Assembly: GCA_976226885.1 (NCBI GenBank)
Contig: OZ320319.1
Span: forward strand, 59,520,001 to 59,584,000
Reading direction: 5' to 3'
Length of the DNA stretch: 64,000 nucleotides
Source of the DNA: Iphione sp. A-MEVVRFRX5
Taxonomy: Eukaryota
Both the position numbers and the translations under genes were made by a program. Every line of letters begins with the position of its first letter. The stretch's first letter is position 1. Below, one piece after another: positions 42,701-49,514 of this stretch. The notes beneath the pieces were generated by a model. That model searched no databases and was not told the origin of the DNA. It saw nothing but the letters and a program-made list of their open reading frames with translations.

Positions 42701-45700
42701 CCTTTATCTTTGTTTCCTCTTCACCCAGGGCAGCTATTCCTTCCCTAATGGTTGGCTGTGTAGGTTCTGATACAAACACCTTTCCTTCTGTTAATGTGTG
42801 TGTTTCCTTTTGAGTAATGAGTTTGGTAGCCTCTGCTTGAATGGTTTGTTCTTGAGCCATTGCAAGTGCTTCCCTTTCAGTGATGGGTTGAGTGGCCTTT
42901 TGTACTATTGCCCTTTGTTCATCTACTACAGGTTTTTCTTTTGCAGTAGCAGCTTGAATAGCCTCAAGAGTCATAGCCTTTTCTCCACTCTCTGCAACCA
43001 TTTCCTTAGCAGAGATAAGTTCAGCAGGTACCTTTATCTTTGTTTCCTCTTCACCCAGGGCAGCTATTCCTTCCCTGATGGTTGGCTGTGTAGGTTCTGG
43101 TACAAACACCTTTCCTTCTGTTAATGTGTGTGTTTCCTTTTGAGTAATGAGTTTGGTAGCCTCTGCTTGAATGGTTTGTTCTTGAGCCATTGCAAGTGCT
43201 TCCCTTTCAGTGATGGGTTGAGTGGCCTTTTGTACTATTGCCCTTTGTTCATCAACTACAGGTTTTTCTTTTGCAGTAGCAGCTTGAATAGCCTCAAGAG
43301 TCATAGCTTTTTCTCCACTCTCTGCAACCATTTCCTTTTCCAAGATCAGTTCAGTAGGTACCTTTCTTTTTGTGTCCTCTTTGCCCAGGGCTCTCTTTTC
43401 TATTGTTTGCTCTTCTGTGAGTGCTTCTTCACTGAAGATCTCCTGAACACATTCCCCAAGTTTCGACAGCCTGGCCTTTGACTCTTGCTCAGTGACCATA
43501 ACATTCACACTAACGGAGCCCATGCCATTTACAACTTTTAGAGTGTATAGTCCAGCATCTTCCCTTGATGCCTGTTGAATAGTCAATATATAGAGGTCTC
43601 GCTTGACGTCAAATTCTATTTTGAGACGTTTATCCTTGTTTGGCTTCAATTTCTTGTTGTCTTTGTACCACTTGATCTCTGGTGTCGGATGTCCTGTTTC
43701 AATAATTCAAAGTAACTGCTTAGAACAATTCTAAGTGTTGATCCAATCGACAACCTATAATGCGCACCAAATGGAAATTATCAAAAATTATGTATTGATG
43801 TAAGCCTTACCAAACGTCATTTTACCTTGTGGATACATATGGACTATGAAAAAATAGGTGTCTTCTTTTAGTGAACATGGCGTCGTCAAAAATATCGTTA
43901 ACAGAACTTGGCTGTGAGATGAAAGCTTCGCAAAATATTGATAACAGAAAAAGCAAAAAAATCTCAATATTATTGCAGGGCTATGAACATAGAGGAAAGG
44001 AAATAAAGGAAACGTTAATCGAAAATTTAAAAAAGGATACCAAAGATAACAAAAAAGAAATAATGAATATACGACAAAAGGAGTATGCCTATCTACACAG
44101 TTGAAGGAAATACCTAAGGTGAAGAAAGAAGTTAAAACCATACTGAAATTAATAATGGAAAATGTAGTTATAAACAACATTCCTGCAACGGAATCAATGA
44201 AGCGTTAGAGCAACGCAGCGCATGTTATGTCCTTGCAAGAAACAGGATACGTCCTAACCTTGGACCCTACAGCTCAGGCGTATTTCACCTCCTTCCTCAA
44301 AGTTAACCGAGTCCGACAGGAGGCTGATGGTTGGCTTGGAAGGTTCCACCTCTTCATCTGGCTCTTTGGGAAGTTTGCGGACTTCCAACGTTGCACCGGC
44401 CTCACCAAAGTCCTTCGTGACCTGTCTAGACCGCCCAGTGCCTTCAGCAACATACTGGTTCCGGGCTTCAGCATCCTCTGACATAACCGGCTTGACGACT
44501 TCTTCTCGTGAAATGCCTTTATCTGGAGCAGATCTCTTTTTGGTAGGCTGTACTTTGATTATCGCTGCAACATCCTCCTCGGATTCACTTTCAGAAGACC
44601 CTGAATCCCAAGGTGTCTCTTTGGTAGGTTTTACTTTGGTTACTTCTGCAACATCCTCTTCGGATTCACTTTCAGAAGATCCTGAATCCCAAGGTGTCTC
44701 TTTGATAGGTTTGACTTTGATTACTTCTGCAACATCCTCCTCGGATTCACTTTCTGAAGACCCTGATTCCCAAGGTTTAGCAGGTTTTGTCACAGGCTTG
44801 GGTTCTCTTGGCTTCACCTCTGCCACAGGTTCTGGCCTTTTCCTAGGATCTTCAACAACAATAGCCGTGTCAGAATCTGACTCCAACGAAGATCCTGCTT
44901 CCCAAGGAAGTGTCTGCTGTGGCTTTTTCATGTCCTCTTTTGCCTGTTCGACTGGTGCCTTGGGCTGTGCAACTTCAGGAACTTTTTGAATGGCATGTTT
45001 GACATCCTCGAAATCTGATGATGATTCTGACTCAGACTCAGATCCAGACTCAGATTCTGAGTCCCATGGTTTTTTCACCTTAGCTGATTTCTTTAGCTCA
45101 GCTCCAGTCGGTGGCTTTTGAATCACCGTTGTCCCTTGCTTGTGTTCCGGGGGCAAGGTGACAATGGCCTCAGCAGGGGCTTTATCCGCTACACCGAATG
45201 TCCTTTCACCAGCTGCAACGTCTTCAATTTGTGGGATCTGCTTTACTCCTTGCTGAATATCCTTTAACTCTTGCAGTTGCATTGGGGCCGATATAGGTTT
45301 CTGGTATACCTTAGCCCCTGGTTCGAGTGGCTGACCTTCTGCCAGCGTAACCCCCGGTACAGCCGATGATGGTGCCTGAACTGGGAACGCCTCTTCCATG
45401 CTGAGCGCCTGTGTGGGTATACTTTCAACAAGAACATCATCCACGGGGGCTGCCTGGCGTACGGTGACTTTCGGTGGTGAATCCTCTTGAGGTACAGACT
45501 CCGTAGGTTTAATTTCTGACTTTTGAGCCTTCGGGCTTAATTCATCTGTCCGTTCTTTCGGTTCAATATCTGCCCGACCGCGTGTTAGATTCGCATCTCC
45601 TGCTGGCAGTCGTCCAGCTTTGTCCTTACCAATAGACTGCACTTGTCGTTGCTCAGTTGTCTTCAGATGTTCCGCTGGCTCTTCTAAACAGCTGACCATG

Positions 45701-48700
45701 AAGCTAATAACTGGTGTTCCCCTCCCATCGTTGATTCGTAGGATGTAGAAACCTTCGTCTTCAGGTCCCGCATCCATGACCGTCAGGGAACACAGGTCTT
45801 CGGTGTCCTTAAAGTCCAGTGTGATCCTTGGGTTGACATTAGGCCTGATGCGCTCGTCATCCTTGTACCAGTGTAACAGTATGGGCGGTACTCCTAAACA
45901 CATATACATACAAAATGTGACTATATGGTATAAAGACATAGTATTTAGATAATATTCGCTATTTACTACGAAGTAAATGTTTTGACAGATATGAGGAGAA
46001 AGTTTTGTGAAAAATAATTTACCAAAACAATACGTGAAAAAAATTAGAGGTAGTATGTCATTTAACATACTTTCTAAAACAGAATTGTTAAAAATATATA
46101 TATACATATATACACATATTTCCGTGTGCACTATTTAAAACAAAACATGTGTCTATCAAACTACGCCTATCCTACTTCTCCTTCCTGAAGTACGAAGCAG
46201 ACCTTTTAAACATGCGTCAAGAAAAAATCAAAATAAGAGAAAAGTGGCAATAAAGTACTATTCACGCAGAAGTAAAATAATATCTACTGTAAAATTAATT
46301 TTCCCTACAACTGAAATGAAAATGAAAAGTGAACATAATGTTGAAATAAGTCGGAGAGCATTGTTGTCATCAGGATTTAGCGTTAATATACAGACAAACC
46401 ACTTTCTAAAAAGCCACTGTCTGACGGACATCCACCAGAGAAAGAAGCAGGGTTATAGTTGCATTCGTGCTTGCTGACCTTCCACTTGTACAGTCAGTGA
46501 GATTTCCTCTCCCTTGGTGAAGGAGACATTGTGAGGTGTTGGTCGTGGTTTCAGCGATTCTTGTGGCATCGCTTCTTCGTCCGAACTGGTAACCGACTCC
46601 GAGCTGGTAACCGATTCTGATGAAGAAAAACCATTGATGATATCCACTTTTCGCTGGGGGCTATCCATTGTTTCTATTTGCTTTTGATCTTGAACAATTA
46701 TCCTGTCTTCGCAGGTGACAGCTTCCGTTTTACCCTTTTCCCTTAAGGATCTTTCTATTGTTCTCTTCTCGGAGCCCTCAGTCCTGTGGACGGTTTTTAC
46801 CGACCGCTGTTGTTCCTCAGTCAAGACGCTTTCAGAGTCCTTGGTTCTCGATATTCGTTCTTCGAGTGTCAAAGATCTGTCGACTGCTTCCTTTGTTTTC
46901 TTAATGCTGCGTTTTTTCTTACTCATAGCATCTTCAGTAATGTCCTCAGCTCTGCTGTCATCCTGGATGAAAACATCAGAGTCGTGGATGACTATATCAA
47001 TGGTCTCGTCTTGTTGGCCTCTCTCCGTTGCACCTTTGAGGACCACTCGAATAGTTACAGTGGATGAGCCATAGTCATTGGTTGCCCGCAGGAGGTAGAT
47101 TCCAGCATCCTGCTCAGTAGCTTCCACAATACGGAGGATCTGGAGGTTCTGTTTAACCTCCACATCCATTGTAGTCCTGCTATCTCTGCGCGGATGTACT
47201 TTCTTATTATCCTTGAACCACTCAATATCCGGTTCCGGGTAACCTGGGAGCATGGTGGCAGTATAGGTATGTTGTATCAAGGGACCAGATTATTGTATCA
47301 AGGGACCAAATAACAAGATTTATAACAGAACACTCGTGGGCCCCTTTAAGAAAATGAGATTATGGCGCGTGAGCGCTTTGGTCCACATGAAAATGGGACT
47401 GCAATAAAGTACAAAATGTTTGGTAGGAAAAATTACCCGTTATGAGCTGAAAATACATCAACATTTGTTTGCTTCAGAAGATTGTTTGTTGGTTTACATA
47501 ATGTAGGCGTCCGGATGATTGCGTTTGCGAGACATTTTTCCACATGAAAAGATCATGTGTTCTAACAGCTTGGTGGGGAAGGAAACATCGAAGGACTCAC
47601 TGTGGAGTGGCACATGAGCTACGCAGACTTCACAATAAAAAGTGAAAAAATGGACGGGACACTAGCTTCTTGACGAGATATTCCAAGAATGGGGATTCAG
47701 TAAGGACAGATCCGGTCAACACATCTTCTGATAACATACAGGACTCTGTAAGTGAAAAAGTATGGATGCCTACCTGACACTTTGCAGGAGAGGGTAATGG
47801 TATCTCCCTCGAGGAACTCCACTGGTTCGGGCGCCACCTCAATAACTGGCTCCTGTGGCTTGGGCGCTGGCGCCGCCGCGGTGGTGCCGTCGTCCACGTT
47901 CACCATGACGCTGACCTCCTTGGTGCCATTGTCGTTCATGACCTCCAGGTGGTATGCTCCTTCGTCCTCCTTCTTGGCGTCCTCAATAATGAGGACATTG
48001 AGATCATCTTTGAGGTCAAAGTCCATGCGCACCCTGGGGTCTTCGGGAGAGGGCTTGATCTTCTTGCCGTCCTTGTACCACGTGAACATGGGCTCCGGTT
48101 CACCTGCGTTTAGAGAAAATGAAAGGGGATTTCAGTTAGATCTGTGCTTCTAAGTCTATGGGGCAAGCTTGTTAGTGCAACACAAATATGAGGTATTAAT
48201 TGGAGAACTGGGGTTTGGCAGATCGTAGGAAACTTCCCAAAGCAATACTCAACGCGATATCTCATGCACGATTGTGAGGAGGTGAGCTTCCTAGCCCAGG
48301 CCTATGGTGGTGTCACAAGGAAAAGATAGGAGCATACGTGGGCTAATGAGCTGATTGTTTTTATTGGAAGACAGAACAGAAATACTAGACGCCAACATTA
48401 TTGATCCTACTTTTCTTTAGGTACATAGTATTCCTATGGACGGTGGTAATAAGTAAGATATCTGCTTTCTGAAAAAAGTGTGTTTTTATCACTGGTTCTC
48501 GGAGACTGATTTCCGAAAGATGAAGTTCTGAGCGCAGGAAGGAAAAAAAGACAAAATGAAGAATTTGCTTTAGAAGACGTCGTTGGTAGAACGAAATGAA
48601 GAAGGGTCTTGCCTGAAACAGGACACAAACTAAATATGAACAGGGCCTATAACTACCTAGCAATGCAAACCAATAATTATAAGGAACACCATGCACATCG

Positions 48701-49514
48701 ACAGATAAATATAATCATTCATGACAAAAGTGCAATGATAAATTAATTCTGAAGAAATGAAGATAATCAAGATAAGAAATAAATATAATCAAAGCCATTA
48801 GCATTCATTTCCATGGCAGCAATGTAGATCAACCTGGAAATGAGACTGATAAAGCATTAGCAGGCAATACTGGGTTACATTATGATTGCCCCCTCCTCCC
48901 ATAAGTAAGCCACACATCATTTACACACTTGGCACACTCCCTTGTGTTAGCATATTAGTGGGTCGTTACTTGGAGGGTCATAGGGCCGGTTCCAAATGAC
49001 TGAACCGAATCCCTCCCCACTTTTGCCACTCCCAAGGTCCGTTCTCCTTGAAGGGCAGCCTTGTTCACTCTACCATGACGCTGACCTGCAATGCGACAAC
49101 TCAGCCGGATCGTCTCGCCCGGTTGTACCGACGCTGGTTCGGGCGCGATCGCTATGATCGGCTGTCCCTCGACGTGCGGCAGCTCCATGTTCGCCGTCGT
49201 CGACTGGACGCGACGATCGGCAGTGGCGGAAACGGAAGTGGTCTCTGAGACGGTGACCTCTTCGACCGCATACCCAGCGCCCTCGATGACCTTGGCATGC
49301 TTCTCCATGACCTTCACTGGAACAACTGCACGCGACGCACCCGTGACCGATGATACAACGACTGTGTAAGCGTCTGAATCTTCCGGTCCCGCCCCCACCA
49401 CTTCCAAAGTATGGACGCCTTCTACCGCATCCATTGCTGTGTGAACGCGCGCGTCCGCGACTGCCGTGAGTGGTGTTTGACCTTTGTACCAAGTCACTTC
49501 AGGTTCCGGATCAC
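415..49514 (-). CDS. OBSCN: Obscurin/UNC-89-like giant muscle protein, partial multi-exon gene (43 exons traced, ~5,500 aa): Ig x17 - SH3 - SH3 - DH - PH - Ig x5 - FN3 x2
   Basis: Exon chain reconstructed manually with GT-AG sites and matching phases. The DH/PH sequence (YLARPTERI...KAED...YPGDLSSLG...FLVW...RHLFLF...RFELW) has the obscurin-type RPxER and YPGxLxxLG signatures rather than the Trio/Kalirin KPVQR. It is flanked by many I-set Ig domains and FN3 domains. Confidence 0.88.
1677..1745 (-). CDS. OBSCN: Putative cassette microexon, 69 nt, phase 1-1: RNRRRSFSRGRSMSLGRGSLDRD
   Basis: Long pyrimidine tract plus tag acceptor, G|GTAAAG donor, frame-preserving between the two FN3 exons. Confidence 0.65.
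2549..2733 (-). CDS. OBSCN: Exon, 185 nt, phase 2-1: FN3 C-half (YMYRVKAYNSGGYS)
   Basis: ORF 2415..2765; cag| acceptor, C|GTGAGT donor. Confidence 0.93.
3075..3249 (-). CDS. OBSCN: Exon, 175 nt, phase 1-2: linker + FN3 N-half
   Basis: KPYLTDIDVNNFKLSWLP; aag| acceptor, AA|GTACGT donor. Confidence 0.9.
3966..4138 (-). CDS. OBSCN: Exon, 173 nt, phase 2-1: Ig C-half (DAGTYECILTNSAG)
   Basis: ORF 3940..4197; cag| acceptor, A|GTAAGT donor. Confidence 0.93.
4521..4652 (-). CDS. OBSCN: Exon, 132 nt, phase 2-2: Ig N-half (APSFTRRISNQKV...GVPDPEVSW)
   Basis: Translated manually; cag| acceptor, TG|GTAAGC donor. Confidence 0.92.
5273..5430 (-). CDS. OBSCN: Exon, 158 nt, phase 0-2: Ig C-half (DAGEYTCKAANEAG)
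   Basis: Translated manually; cag| acceptor, AA|GTAAAT donor. Confidence 0.92.
6391..6662 (-). CDS. OBSCN: Exon, 272 nt, phase 1-0: Ig C-part + next Ig N-half
   Basis: GETAILTIK...DAGKYTC...GQPRPEVTWYFK; cag| acceptor, ATT|GTGAGT donor. Confidence 0.9.
6987..7348 (-). CDS. OBSCN: Exon, 362 nt, phase 2-1: Ig C-half + next Ig N-part
   Basis: ORF 6955..7392; aag| acceptor, G|GTGAGT donor. Confidence 0.92.
7770..7887 (-). CDS. OBSCN: Exon, 118 nt, phase 1-2: Ig N-half (APSFKTKLTDV...GVPEPEVSW)
   Basis: Translated manually; tag| acceptor, TG|GTGAGT donor. Confidence 0.92.
8389..9009 (-). CDS. OBSCN: Exon, 621 nt, phase 1-1: Ser/acidic disordered segment with repeated [YF]-x-[STD]-A motifs
   Basis: ORF 8264..9058; tttgacttcag acceptor, G|GTAGTG donor; GC-rich codon usage like the other exons. 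Confidence 0.82.
9343..9573 (-). CDS. OBSCN: Exon, 231 nt, phase 1-1: Ig domain
   Basis: ORF 9335..9610; cag| acceptor, G|GTAAGT donor. Confidence 0.93.
10053..10169 (-). CDS. OBSCN: Exon, 117 nt, phase 1-1: acidic linker + Ig N-start (APTFTAKLKPVTST)
   Basis: cag| acceptor, G|GTGCAG donor; joins in frame to EGEPVWFEC. Confidence 0.85.
12086..12265 (-). CDS. OBSCN: Putative cassette exon, 180 nt, phase 1-1 (GIEEIDIPAEERSRLLLRARPTFPQ...DFRSDSDISASSARG)
   Basis: GC-rich island, open in the required frame, G|GTGAGC donor, weak aaag acceptor with a distal pyrimidine tract. Confidence 0.7.
14023..14179 (-). CDS. OBSCN: Exon, 157 nt, phase 0-1: PH domain C-half
   Basis: RRFELW...FQARNAHVKQAWCDDI; cag| acceptor, G|GTAAGT donor. 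Confidence 0.93.
15175..15324 (-). CDS. OBSCN: Exon, 150 nt, phase 0-0: PH domain N-half
   Basis: DDFLVW...ERHLFLFDNKLMLTK; cag| acceptor, GAT|GTGAGT donor. Confidence 0.93.
15866..16013 (-). CDS. OBSCN: Exon, 148 nt, phase 2-0: DH C-terminus / PH start (KAED...YPGDLSSLGPILRH)
   Basis: ORF 15695..16051; cag| acceptor, CAT|GTAGGT donor. Confidence 0.92.
16513..16634 (-). CDS. OBSCN: Exon, 122 nt, phase 0-2: DH CR3 (LSLPEYLARPTERINEYINILKDF)
   Basis: Translated manually; tag| acceptor, AG|GTAAGA donor. Confidence 0.92.
18635..18676 (-). CDS. OBSCN: Putative cassette microexon, 42 nt, phase 0-0: WVRREAQKAARALQ inserted in the DH domain
   Basis: Pyrimidine tract plus tttgacag acceptor, CAG|GTATGT donor, GC-rich island in an AT-rich intron, frame-preserving. 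Confidence 0.6.
20076..20168 (-). CDS. OBSCN: Exon, 93 nt, phase 0-0: DH domain (AQDFQMYVPYYLDRD...PQKFIK)
   Basis: cag| acceptor, AAG|GTCAGT donor. Confidence 0.88.
20422..20998. mobile_element. MITE-like element with imperfect inverted ends (GAATACTC...GAGTATTC) and internal short direct repeats
   Basis: Left CAGAGAATACTC...CTCGAAAACTGAA versus right TTCAGATTTCGAGTATTCAC; internal GATAGAGCTACTCAT-type repeats. Confidence 0.45.
21340..21409 (-). CDS. OBSCN: Exon, 70 nt, phase 2-0: DH domain (DQFLADLLKCNSKANSVGQCFLDH)
   Basis: cag| acceptor, CAC|GTGAGT donor; matches the typical 'FL..L...vg..Fl' DH segment. Confidence 0.88.
21829..21996 (-). CDS. OBSCN: Exon, 168 nt, phase 2-2: DH domain CR1 (DLWESERDYIRDL)
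   Basis: ORF 21762..22058; cag| acceptor, GA|GTACGT donor. Confidence 0.92.
22281..22699 (-). CDS. OBSCN: Exon, 419 nt, phase 0-2: end of SH3-1, SH3 domain 2 (AIADY...GWVPPSYL), start of DH
   Basis: ORF 22277..22726; cag| acceptor, CG|GTAAGT donor. Confidence 0.93.
22802..22933 (-). CDS. OBSCN: Exon, 132 nt, phase 0-0: SH3 domain 1 (EYPCLEDY...LKKGDVVEVL...EWLVR)
   Basis: tag| acceptor, AAG|GTACAA donor; SH3-like pattern, completed by VCYVP in the next exon. Confidence 0.85.
23331..23455 (-). CDS. OBSCN: Exon, 125 nt, phase 1-0: charged linker (AATEKEDTEKEEDKDL...EDEMLFK)
   Basis: cag| acceptor, AAG|GTCAGT donor; needed to convert phase 1 to phase 0. Confidence 0.82.
23703..23891 (-). CDS. 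OBSCN: Exon, 189 nt, phase 1-1: Ig C-half (GNPSVTWFKEG...DAGEYTITANNEAG)
   Basis: Translated manually; tag| acceptor, G|GTGAGT donor. Confidence 0.9.
25242..25333 (-). CDS. OBSCN: Exon, 92 nt, phase 2-1: Ig N-half (KPPEFIKKPGKVTVNEFDPIKITATITG)
   Basis: Translated manually; cag| acceptor, G|GTAAGC donor; phases bridge both neighbours. Confidence 0.88.
25585..25798 (-). CDS. OBSCN: Exon, 214 nt, phase 1-2: Ig C-half
   Basis: cag|GTATCCC acceptor, AA|GTATGC donor; GIPAPQVSWLH...DDGEYTVSATN. Confidence 0.9.
26304..26612 (-). CDS. OBSCN: Exon, 309 nt, phase 1-1: Ig C-half / Ig N-half
   Basis: cag|CTGAGCC acceptor, G|GTTAGT donor; AEPEAEITWMK...DSGNYVI...TCQLTG. Confidence 0.92.
28911..29324 (-). 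CDS. OBSCN: Exon, 414 nt, phase 1-1: divergent Ig C-half / Ig N-half
   Basis: tag|GCAAAG acceptor (an alternative in-frame aag lies 6 nt downstream at 29318), G|GTTTGA donor; TPDVQWVR...DEGEYKV...SCSVAG. Confidence 0.85.
29489..29650. mobile_element. Short MITE with inverted ends CAGGGCTGGGCAACC / GGGTACCCAGCTCTG
   Basis: Near-complementary 15-bp termini and an internal repeated TGCGACA motif. Confidence 0.55.
30487..30891 (-). CDS. OBSCN: Exon, 405 nt, phase 1-1: Ig C-half / Ig N-half
   Basis: tag|GTGACCC acceptor, G|GTCAGA donor; GDPDPEVHWFK...DEGAYQV...SCKIKG. Confidence 0.92.
31660..31953 (-). CDS. OBSCN: Exon, 294 nt, phase 1-1: Ig C-half / Ig N-half
   Basis: cag|GGTATCC acceptor, G|GTAGAG donor; GYPEPEIAWYK...DAGAYCF...STRVTG. 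Confidence 0.9.
32202..32522 (-). CDS. OBSCN: Exon, 321 nt, phase 1-1: Ig C-half / Ig N-half
   Basis: tag|GAACTCC acceptor, G|GTTAGA donor; GTPAPEVKWYK...DGGGYRM...TCGVTG. Confidence 0.92.
33535..33945 (-). CDS. OBSCN: Exon, 411 nt, phase 1-1: Ig C-half / Ig N-half
   Basis: cag|GATATCC acceptor, G|GTTAGG donor; GYPAPEIKWYK...DEGAYKL...SCKVSG. Confidence 0.92.
34487..35008 (-). CDS. OBSCN: Exon, 522 nt, phase 1-1: Ig C-half / Ig N-half
   Basis: aag|GATACCC acceptor, G|GTCAGC donor; GYPAPEIKWYK...DEGIYKL...SCRFSG. Confidence 0.88.
35655..36176 (-). CDS. OBSCN: Exon, 522 nt, phase 1-1: Ig C-half / Ig N-half
   Basis: tag|GATGCCC acceptor, G|GTCAGC donor; GCPVPEIIWYK...DEGSYTV...SCRVSG. Confidence 0.9.
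36670..37197 (-). CDS. OBSCN: Exon, 528 nt, phase 1-1: Ig C-half / Ig N-half
   Basis: cag|GACATCC acceptor, G|GTCAGC donor; GHPIPDVRWYK...DEGFYTI...ASRISG. Confidence 0.9.
37464..38131. mobile_element. TA-flanked MITE (Tc1/mariner-pogo-like CAGT...ACTG termini) containing an internal minisatellite
   Basis: TA|CAGTAGGACTT at left, AGGTCCCACTG|TA at right, repeated AGGACACCTC subterminal motifs. Confidence 0.65.
37829..37982. repeat. 31-bp minisatellite x5 (GTCATCAAATTCAGTACTTTTTGGACTTTTA-like)
   Basis: Units start at 37829, 37860, 37891, 37922 and 37953. Confidence 0.9.
38773..39198 (-). CDS. OBSCN: Exon, 426 nt, phase 1-1: Ig C-half / Ig N-half
   Basis: cag|GTAATCC acceptor, G|GTTAGA donor; GNPKPEVKWYK...DEGMYQL...SCKVSG. 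Confidence 0.92.
39701..43693 (-). CDS. OBSCN: Giant exon, 3,993 nt, phase 1-1: Ig C-half, 110-aa tandem-repeat linker, Ig N-half
   Basis: cag|GACATCC acceptor, G|GTCAGC donor; continuous 1,385-aa ORF 39492..43649. Confidence 0.92.
40400..43380 (-). repeat. Coding tandem repeat, 330-bp (110-aa) unit: 8 near-identical full copies plus a diverging 9th, with further degenerate copies down to ~39900
   Basis: TCAGCAGGTACCTTTATCTT recurs at 40711, 41041, 41371, 41701, 42031, 42361, 42691 and 43021, with a variant at 43351; MVAESGEKA occurs 9 times in the protein. Confidence 0.97.
44259..45893 (-). CDS. OBSCN: Exon, 1,635 nt, phase 1-1: Ig C-half, long PEVK-like/acidic linker, Ig N-half
   Basis: tag|GAGTACC acceptor, G|GTTAGG donor; GVPPILLHWYK...DEGFYIL...EIRLSCRVQG. 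Confidence 0.9.
44540..44780 (-). repeat. Coding tandem repeat, 81-bp (27-aa) unit x3: PW[DE]SGSSESESEEDVAEVxKVKPxKET
   Basis: CTGAATCCCAAGGTGTCTC at 44601 and 44682 (81 apart), third copy near 44762; visible in the translation. Confidence 0.92.
46479..47243 (-). CDS. OBSCN: Exon, 765 nt, phase 1-1: Ig C-half, charged linker, Ig N-half
   Basis: cag|GTTACC acceptor, G|GTCAGC donor; GYPEPDIEWFK...DAGIYLL...SLTVQVEG. Confidence 0.9.
47774..48103 (-). CDS. OBSCN: Exon, 330 nt, phase 1-1: Ig C-half / Ig N-half
   Basis: cag|GTGAACC acceptor, G|GTAGGC donor; GEPEPMFTWYK...DEGAYHL...SCKVSG. Confidence 0.92.
49086..49514 (-). CDS. OBSCN: Exon, 429 nt, phase 1-1: Ig C-half (GDPEPEVTWYK...DSDAYTV), linker, Ig N-half (...ETIRLSCRIAG)
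   Basis: cag|GTGATCC acceptor, G|GTCAGC donor; lies within ORF 48955..49533. Confidence 0.9.

Noticed and set aside
39739-43481. Series of ~100-aa plus-strand ORFs (MCFLLSNEFG…) recurring every 330 bp
   Set aside because: They are antisense shadows of the 330-bp coding repeat, with no independent coding signal.
47601-47618. Possible 18-nt symmetric exon (tag|CTCATGTGCCACTCCACA|gtgagt)
   Set aside because: It would disrupt the conserved G-x-P-x-P core of an Ig domain and has a poor pyrimidine context. Likely chance.
415-49514. Alternative identities: titin, twitchin/projectin, Trio/Kalirin
   Set aside because: Titin and twitchin lack DH-PH. Trio/Kalirin have spectrin repeats and a KPVQR CR3, not long I-set arrays.
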